From NCBI GenBank assembly GCA_016192955.1, contig JACPTD010000007.1, positions 1 to 40,288 on the forward strand: a DNA stretch of 40,288 nt, read 5' to 3'. The DNA comes from Candidatus Woesearchaeota archaeon (GTDB lineage Archaea; Nanobdellota; Nanobdellia; Woesearchaeales; GW2011-AR4). Below, piece by piece: positions 26,961 through 33,527 of this stretch. The stretch's first letter is position 1; the number at the start of each line of letters is the position of its first letter. The position numbers and the translations under genes are program-made. The notes under the pieces are model-generated. The model did not search any database. It was not told the origin of the DNA and worked only from the letters and a program-made list of their open reading frames with translations.

Positions 26961-27832
26961 GCTACATAGACCTTCAATCCCACACAAACGCTTCAGACGG
27001 CGAATTAAACCCAAAAGAGACAGTCGACCTTGCTATAAAAAGAGGATTAAATGCCCTTGCTATAACTGACCATGATACTGTTGACGCCCTGGGACAAGCC
27101 ATAAGCTATGCAAAAAACAAAAGCATAGAGATAGTTCCTGGAATCGAAATTGAATGCAGCGAGCCAAGGCATGGATTCAAGAAAGTCCATATGCTCGGAC
27201 TTCTTATAGATTACAACAACAGCTCTCTTTTGAATCTAACAAAAAAAAGTAAAGAAGGCAGGATTAGGCAGAAAAGGAAGATAATAAAAAGGCTGAACTC
27301 CCTGGGGTTTGACATAACTTTTAACGAAGTCAGCAGCACGGTAAAGGGCTCTTTCGGAAGGCCCCATGTCGCGAAAATACTGCTGAAGAAATATCCAGGC
27401 GAGTTTGCATCAATAAGGGATGTATTTGACAGGTATATAGGCGAAGGCAGGCCAGCATATGTTCCAAGAAAAAACATGGTTACGCTGAAAGAGGCAATCA
27501 GCATTGTAAAAAATGCCAATGGCATCCCTATTCTCGCACACCCAGGAGTTTTTAAAAAAGAGGGCTCTCTGCAGCTTATAGACATTTTCTGTGACAGCGG
27601 CGGAGAGGGAATAGAAACTTATTACCCATACCACATAGTGTGCCCGGAACTCAAAATAAACAAAGAAGGAAATGATCTCATGATAAAATTTTACCGTGAG
27701 GCTGCAAAATCAAAAAATTTGCTTGAAAGCGGCGGCAATGATTTTCATGGAAGCTACAGGGACACTATGGGAGAGATAAAAATACCCTACAGCGTCCTGG
27801 AAAAGCTAAGGTTAAGAATTCCTGTGCAATAA
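26957..27832 (+). CDS. PHP-domain metal-dependent phosphoesterase (TrpH/YciV-like).
   Basis: IDLQSHTNASDG, ALAITDHDT, ILAHPG and GGNDFHG. Confidence 0.8.
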   Translation: MSYIDLQSHTNASDGELNPKETVDLAIKRGLNALAITDHDTVDALGQAISYAKNKSIEIVPGIEIECSEPRHGFKKVHMLGLLIDYNNSSLLNLTKKSKEGRIRQKRKIIKRLNSLGFDITFNEVSSTVKGSFGRPHVAKILLKKYPGEFASIRDVFDRYIGEGRPAYVPRKNMVTLKEAISIVKNANGIPILAHPGVFKKEGSLQLIDIFCDSGGEGIETYYPYHIVCPELKINKEGNDLMIKFYREAAKSKNLLESGGNDFHGSYRDTMGEIKIPYSVLEKLRLRIPVQ

Positions 27833-27833
27833 C

Positions 27834-29381
27834 TCATATCTTTATCTTTTGAATAACATCCCTTATTGCAGCCTTCTCGTCAAGGGTTACTTTGTCTTCT
27901 TCAGAGTAAAAAATTTCTTTTGAAAAGAGCATTGAATCATCTTTAAATATTTCCTTTAAGACCTTGCCATCCATATCTTTTGGAATTGGTATATCTAGTA
28001 TATGCAATGACGTTGGCACTACATCCATAATTGAAACATTCGAGATAGTGCTTTGTTTTATGCCAGCGCCGGAAGCTGCAAATATTCCAGTTAAATCTGA
28101 AAAATGCTTTCCAGGAAGATAGGTCTCTATTTTATCAAACAGCTTGTCGGAATCGTAGGAAAATATATTTGCATACTTGTTAGTAGGTATGACCACTATA
28201 TCGGGCGCGATATTCAAAGAATTTCCATGATACAATTTTTCCCTTTTTTCAATAACCTGGAAAATCTCATCATTGTTCGAAGGATCGCGGACTTTTTTCA
28301 GTTTTGATATTATTTCATTCCTCAGTTTTTCATATTCATTGCTATTCATATCTCTGCTATTTATGAATACACCGGGGTACCTGTAGAAAACCGATGCGCT
28401 TTTAGCTGATTTCCTGTGAAATGATTCTCTTATCTCCTTGCTTTTTCTAAAAAGGAACATAAGCTTAAGCAGCCCCGTCTTGCTTAACTTTGCATATATT
28501 TTAGGGATGATTTTCTGCATAAAAGTTCTCTTGTCCTTCAGAAAACCTTCTTTGCTCAGCCAAACCCTGAAGTTAAATGATTTTTTCGGAGCCAAGCTAA
28601 ATCCATGATCAGATACTATGAAAATGTAAGGATTCTCATTACGCTCAACGAATGTTTTGATAAGGTGGCCAATGTAAGAGTCAAGTTTTTTTAGGAATTC
28701 ACGAATCACTTCCTTGTTATCAAAGAAAAGGGCTTGCAAAGGGCTTGTTTCGTCGAAAACAAGCATGAAAAAATCCCATTTTTCCTTCATAAGTTCCTTT
28801 AAAGTTAAGAATCTCCTATTATTAATGTAATAAAGTCCATCAAGGTAGTGCTGTCTGTTCTCAATCGAGTGCTTGTTGTCCTGAACTATAGTGAAATCAC
28901 CATACTTTAGACTCGTCTTGTAATCATAGCTCTTCAGCAGCGACATAATATCTGTAGGATATGAATAAACTTTCTCGTCAGGTGGGGTCAAGAAGCACGA
29001 GACCATATAACCGTTCAACTTATCAACGGGATAAGTACCCGGCACGTTTATGATACAGCATCTCTTTCCATAGCGTGACAATACCTGCCATACCTTTTCA
29101 CTTTTAATTGTTCTAGAATTTGCAAGTCTTCCATTATCATTCATGAATTCATATACTCCGTGCTTACCTGGGTTTCTTCCAGTGAAAAGGGATACCCATG
29201 CAGAGATACTTAATGGCGGCACTGTGGTCTTTAAATAAGCCGAGGTGCCTGATTTGACAAGCCTGCTTAAAGCGGGTAGATCACCATTTTTCATCCATGG
29301 CTCTAGCAAATCCCAGCTAGCCCCGTCAATTCCTATTATTAAAACACTATTGCTCATTTTGCCGTATAAGGAATAACTCAT
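27834..29381 (-). CDS. Alkaline-phosphatase-superfamily type I phosphodiesterase/nucleotide pyrophosphatase. Paralogue of 22750-24129.
   Basis: LIIGIDGASWDLL, VPPLSISAWVSLFTGRNPGKHGV and IVSDHGF. The C-terminus DVVPTSLHILDIPIPKD parallels the other copy's VLPTILKLLEVKCPSD. Confidence 0.7.
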   Translation of the reverse strand: MSYSLYGKMSNSVLIIGIDGASWDLLEPWMKNGDLPALSRLVKSGTSAYLKTTVPPLSISAWVSLFTGRNPGKHGVYEFMNDNGRLANSRTIKSEKVWQVLSRYGKRCCIINVPGTYPVDKLNGYMVSCFLTPPDEKVYSYPTDIMSLLKSYDYKTSLKYGDFTIVQDNKHSIENRQHYLDGLYYINNRRFLTLKELMKEKWDFFMLVFDETSPLQALFFDNKEVIREFLKKLDSYIGHLIKTFVERNENPYIFIVSDHGFSLAPKKSFNFRVWLSKEGFLKDKRTFMQKIIPKIYAKLSKTGLLKLMFLFRKSKEIRESFHRKSAKSASVFYRYPGVFINSRDMNSNEYEKLRNEIISKLKKVRDPSNNDEIFQVIEKREKLYHGNSLNIAPDIVVIPTNKYANIFSYDSDKLFDKIETYLPGKHFSDLTGIFAASGAGIKQSTISNVSIMDVVPTSLHILDIPIPKDMDGKVLKEIFKDDSMLFSKEIFYSEEDKVTLDEKAAIRDVIQKIKI

Positions 29382-29399
29382 CTTTAAATCTTTTAAAAC

Positions 29400-29561
29400 T
29401 TAAAACAACGCATATATAAAAGGCGACAAAGGGGAACTTTGCCCCAGCACTATCAAAATTCCCGCTAAAAGCAGCATTATGACAATTGGCAGAAGCCACC
29501 ACTTTTTCCTTTCACTCATGAAGCTCCATATATCGCTGATTAAGTAAAACCTTCTTGCCAT
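29400..29561 (-). CDS. 53-aa SxtK-like (DUF5989-type) small membrane protein. Not in the ORF track.
   Basis: My own translation: MARRFYLISDIWSFMSERKKWWLLPIVIMLLLAGILIVLGQSSPLSPFIYALF. The RKKWWLLP...PFIYxLF pattern matches the small proteins that accompany NodU/SxtI-type carbamoyltransferases. Confidence 0.6.
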   Translation of the reverse strand: MARRFYLISDIWSFMSERKKWWLLPIVIMLLLAGILIVLGQSSPLSPFIYALF

Positions 29562-29564
29562 GGC

Positions 29565-30827
29565 TTATTGCACAAGTTTCAGCTTTATTAATTTTTCGTA
29601 AATCGCATCCGCTGCAATTTTATGCCCAATTTCGTTTGGATGCGGGTCAAATTTGCTGACAATGACATCTTCCTCGTTGCGGGACTGAAAATACGGCAAC
29701 AAATCTAAAACCTCGATACCATATTCAGTTCCTACCTCTTTAATAAAGTTGTTTGCGCCTACAAAAGGATAATTATCTAATTTATAGATAAATGGAAATA
29801 CAACTAAAACTAACGTCGCATTATTCTCGTTTGAGATTTCCTTCAATTCCTTAAAATAAAGTTTGTTAAACTGCCTACTGGTTTCAGAAGAGAATAAACC
29901 CTTAATTGTATTGTAATAGGATTTTTTAATGCCTAGTATTTCCAACGCCCTACTAATTCCTTTATTGCCGAAATAATAAAGGTAGGATGAGCGCTGCATA
30001 TATATATCAAACCAGATTGCATAGGCATTTGTTTTTTCCCTATTACCCGCTTCTCCATCATTAAAATCATTTAGAACGTACCCAATTACAATTATATCCG
30101 GCTTGTAACGCAATGCTTCATTTTTTAGAATTTTAATCTCATATGCTGTATCTATACCGGGCTTTCCAAAGTTTAATACTTCATAAGTCATATTTTTTGA
30201 ATTCTTATTCAGCAATGACTCAAGCTTTTTTAAATATGTGTCATTGGCGTTCTTAACACCCACTCCAAAAGCGAATGAGTCTCCTAAGCCTACTATCCTG
30301 ATTGCACTTTCACCTTTATAATGAGGATATTCTCTGTCCCTATAGCCTTCCCTGTTTAAGGATACATATTTTTTATTAAAATCTTTTTGCCCTGGAATAA
30401 AATTGTATTTTACCTCTTCTGGCAGTACAGCTCTTATAACTAGTTCCAGGAGTACTGTAAAGATGAGCATTGTTAAGATAATTATGGTTAAGTTCTGCAA
30501 AAAAACTCTTTTTTCATTTATAAAGCGCAATATGCTTCTTTTACAATATTTAAAGAAGAAAAATATTGCCAATGCCACAAAACCCATAACTGTAATAAAA
30601 ATTTTAAAATTATTTATTGTATCCAAAGCTGCATCGGTTAATTTATTATTGATAGTATACTTTAGAAAAAAGCTTTCTTTTAGGAAGTAGCCTGTGAGAA
30701 CAAGCAGTATTCCAATCAAAAGCAAGGAATATGTTACAAATTTATAAAAGAATACAGCAAAGTTGGTTATTTTAGTTTTAGTCTTTTGCAATTTTCTCAC
30801 TGTCCCACATGTCTTTTGGGTTGTCAT
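29565..30827 (-). CDS. Membrane-anchored SGNH/GDSL hydrolase-family protein (esterase or O-acyl-handling enzyme).
   Basis: Three N-terminal TM segments, block I IVGLGDSFAFG and block V DPHPNEIGH. The annotated start overlaps the upstream gene by 50 nt, so the true start is uncertain. Confidence 0.7.
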   Translation of the reverse strand: MTTQKTCGTVRKLQKTKTKITNFAVFFYKFVTYSLLLIGILLVLTGYFLKESFFLKYTINNKLTDAALDTINNFKIFITVMGFVALAIFFFFKYCKRSILRFINEKRVFLQNLTIIILTMLIFTVLLELVIRAVLPEEVKYNFIPGQKDFNKKYVSLNREGYRDREYPHYKGESAIRIVGLGDSFAFGVGVKNANDTYLKKLESLLNKNSKNMTYEVLNFGKPGIDTAYEIKILKNEALRYKPDIIVIGYVLNDFNDGEAGNREKTNAYAIWFDIYMQRSSYLYYFGNKGISRALEILGIKKSYYNTIKGLFSSETSRQFNKLYFKELKEISNENNATLVLVVFPFIYKLDNYPFVGANNFIKEVGTEYGIEVLDLLPYFQSRNEEDVIVSKFDPHPNEIGHKIAADAIYEKLIKLKLVQ

Positions 30828-32529
30828 CCCGCTTTATTAAGAAGCTGCCAATCACAAGGTAGTCTATTCCAGTGCCCAACATGCACTTATAGGCGTCTTC
30901 AGGAGCGCAGACAATCGGCTCTCCGCGTATGTTAAATGACGTGTTGATTAAAATCGGTATTCCGCTTAATTTTTCAAATTCCTTTATTACGCCATAGTAA
31001 AGCTCATTTTCCTCTTTTGAGGTTGTCTGAAGCCTTCCTGTGCCGTCAACATGCACAACTCCCGGCACAAGCTTTTTTTTGCTTTCCTTGAAAGGATAAA
31101 CAAAGAGCATAAACGGCTCCTCGTCCTTGTCAATCTCAAAATACTCGTGCACATCCTCTTTGCTGATTACAGGGGCAAAAGGCCTGAAATGCTCTCTGTG
31201 CTTTACTTTCCTGTTCAGAATGTCCTTCATATCAGGATTGGCTGCATTTGACAATATGCTTCTTGCCCCCAATGCCCTTGGACCCCATTCCATCCTGCCC
31301 TGGAACCATCCTACAACATTATTGTTAAATATCAAATTTGCCGTTAACTTAACAAGTGCATCCTTGCTTTTGAATGTCTTATAGACTATATTATTTTTAT
31401 CCAGGAAATTTTTTATATAATCGCCGGAAAAAGAAGGCCCAAGGTAGGCAGATTCCATAACATATTTCCTTTTATTACCGAATATAACATTATATGCGTA
31501 AGCCGCAGCGCCAAGTGAAGCGCCTGCATCGCTTGCAGCAGGCTGCACCCACACGCTCTTGAAAGGAGTATTCTTTGTTATTTTTCCATTGGCAACGCTG
31601 TTCAATGCAACTCCCCCAGCCATGCAGAGGTTTTCCATTTTAGTTTCATTATAAAGGCGGTTAAGCATCTTGAAGATTATCTCTTCGGTTATTTTCTGCA
31701 ATGATGCTGCGATGTCCTTGTGCCTTTGAGCCACTTCCTCGCTTGGTTTTCTTATAGGCCCAAATTCCTCAACAAATTTTTTGCCAGGCATTGTTAACTT
31801 GTGATGGTAATCAAAATAATCCATATCAAACTCTATGCTGCCGTCTTCCTTAACATCAATTATTTTCCTGAAGTTGTCATAATAAGTTGGTTTGCCATAA
31901 GGGGACAATCCCATCACTTTATATTCTGAATTATTTACGCTGAATCCAAGATGCGCTGTCACAGTGCTGTACAGCAAGCCGACAGAGTTTGGAAACCTTA
32001 ATTCCTTCAGCAATGTTATCTCATTTCCTTTGCCATAGCCGTAAGAGGCAGTTGCCCACTCGCCAACGCCGTCAATTGTCAGTATTGCTGCTTCTTCATA
32101 AGGGCTCACTAAAAATGCAGAAGCCGCATGGGCCATGTGGTGCTCTATAAACAGAATATCACCATTATACTTTAGCTTTTTTCTTATTATAGTCGGAACT
32201 CTTAGCTTTTCATTCAGCCATGAGGGCAATGCCTTATAGAAAGGCCAAAATGAAAATGGGAACATTTCAAGATGCTGGCTTAACAGTCTTTCAAATTTCA
32301 GAAGAGGCTTCTCATAAAACGCCATATAATCAATTTGTCCTGCATTTAAGCTTCCTTCCTGCAGGCAATAATTAATCGCGTTTATAGGAAAGCTAATGTC
32401 GTGCTTTTTTCTTGTGAACCTTTCTTCCTCTGCCGCAGCTACAACAATGCCGTCTTTCATCAAGCATGCTGCTGCATCATGATAGAAGCAAGAAATTCCC
32501 AATACAACTTGGTTTTCTTCAGCGCTCAT
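30778..32529 (-). CDS. Carbamoyltransferase (NodU/CmcH/SxtI/TobZ family).
   Basis: VLGISCFYHDAAACLMKDGIVVAAAEEERFTRKKHD, HHMAHAASAF and TSFNIRGEPIV. Confidence 0.9.
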   Translation of the reverse strand: MSAEENQVVLGISCFYHDAAACLMKDGIVVAAAEEERFTRKKHDISFPINAINYCLQEGSLNAGQIDYMAFYEKPLLKFERLLSQHLEMFPFSFWPFYKALPSWLNEKLRVPTIIRKKLKYNGDILFIEHHMAHAASAFLVSPYEEAAILTIDGVGEWATASYGYGKGNEITLLKELRFPNSVGLLYSTVTAHLGFSVNNSEYKVMGLSPYGKPTYYDNFRKIIDVKEDGSIEFDMDYFDYHHKLTMPGKKFVEEFGPIRKPSEEVAQRHKDIAASLQKITEEIIFKMLNRLYNETKMENLCMAGGVALNSVANGKITKNTPFKSVWVQPAASDAGASLGAAAYAYNVIFGNKRKYVMESAYLGPSFSGDYIKNFLDKNNIVYKTFKSKDALVKLTANLIFNNNVVGWFQGRMEWGPRALGARSILSNAANPDMKDILNRKVKHREHFRPFAPVISKEDVHEYFEIDKDEEPFMLFVYPFKESKKKLVPGVVHVDGTGRLQTTSKEENELYYGVIKEFEKLSGIPILINTSFNIRGEPIVCAPEDAYKCMLGTGIDYLVIGSFLIKRDDNPKDMWDSEKIAKD

Positions 32530-32564
32530 GTTCTTTTAATGCCCATTTTTGAAATTGACGGCAG

Positions 32565-32807
32565 TCAAAAAGTCCTGTAATATTTCTCCAATGGCTGCTT
32601 TGTGACTCTGTGTTCCTGCCAGTTAGACTTTCTATTAGTCTTTTTCAGCTCCAGAAAATGCCTCTTAAAAATTTTCATGGATATCGAAACAACGCCTATG
32701 CCTATAAAATAAACCAATGCCAGCAAAATAAAATTTACAATGCTTGAAATCGTTTTTGCAACAGGCTCAATAAAATATTTTATGGCGTTCAAAATTTTTT
32801 TAAGCAT
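32565..32807 (-). CDS. Small membrane protein resembling the C-terminal half of SxtJ-family proteins.
   Basis: The TM segment IVNFILLALVYFIGIGVVSISMKIF is followed by a basic tail ending SNWQEH...YYRTF. The ORF-track start at 32852 lies in a duplicated copy, so ATG 32807 is equally possible. Confidence 0.45.
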   Translation of the reverse strand: MLKKILNAIKYFIEPVAKTISSIVNFILLALVYFIGIGVVSISMKIFKRHFLELKKTNRKSNWQEHRVTKQPLEKYYRTF

Positions 32808-32894
32808 ATTCTGGCAAGAGTCATATTCTTTATAAAAGTTATGGTGAAACATATTCTGGCAAGAGTCATATTCTTTATAAAAGTTATGGTGAAA
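32805..32894. repeat. Perfect 45-bp tandem duplication (2 x 45) spanning the start of the SxtJ-like gene.
   Basis: Copy 1 (32805-32849) and copy 2 (32850-32894) both read CATATTCTGGCAAGAGTCATATTCTTTATAAAAGTTATGGTGAAA. They are identical by direct reading. Confidence 0.95.
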
Positions 32895-33070
32895 AGCGGA
32901 TGTGCGTATGCGAAAATATAGCCCAAATATTGATAAAGTCCCTATAGGTTAAAAATTTAATTTGTCAAAAACTGCCCATCAGAGAGGGGTGGCATGTTTT
33001 ATGCACTTGGCATTCAGGTGGTTTTTGATCACACAAAATGCCATGCAATGTCTTGGTACACTTAAACCGC

Positions 33071-33305
33071 GGCTGTCCAAAAAGTTTTAAATTTTCAGAA
33101 TTATTTTTAAAAAATAATGCAATCAGTTCGGCATTTGCATTTTCTGATTAAGAAAAATTTGAATTTTCCCCAGAAAACAGCGTTTTTTGTATTTATAGTC
33201 GAGAAACTAGTATTTATACTTTTCGTTATTGACGAGAAATATTAATTGCAAAATTAACATTTTAGCGAATTTTGAAGAAATTCTCTAATGCCTTTTTGGA
33301 CAGCC
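33071..33305. repeat. 235-bp non-coding unit bounded by perfect 14-bp inverted repeats. Candidate MITE-like element or long-range hairpin.
   Basis: GGCTGTCCAAAAAG (33071-33084) and CTTTTTGGACAGCC (33292-33305). The interior is AT-rich with no ORF. Confidence 0.5.
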
Positions 33306-33323
33306 CCGACTTTTGTTGTTTAA

Positions 33324-33527
33324 ATGGCGGTATCTGATATGAATAAAATTAAATCCAAAATACTATTAACAGGTGCTACTGGATTCATAGGCTCTAATTT
33401 AGTTAAAAAATTGCATAATGGAAATAAAATTGCGATTATTTTGTATATGTTACTAAAGGGATTATATTGGGCTAAAAATCAACAAATTTTAAGTATTTCT
33501 TTTTATGTTAATAATATACTTTCGTAG
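33324..33527 (+). pseudogene. 5' remnant of an NAD-dependent epimerase/dehydratase gene.
   Basis: KILLTGATGFIGSNLVKKL is an SDR Rossmann N-terminus. The similarity is lost after about 40 codons, and the ORF runs into the 3' end of the convergent gene at 33489. Confidence 0.5.

Noticed and set aside
32805-32894. The tandem repeat considered as a CRISPR array.
   Set aside because: There are only two directly abutting copies with no spacer, no cas genes nearby, and the repeat overlaps a coding start.
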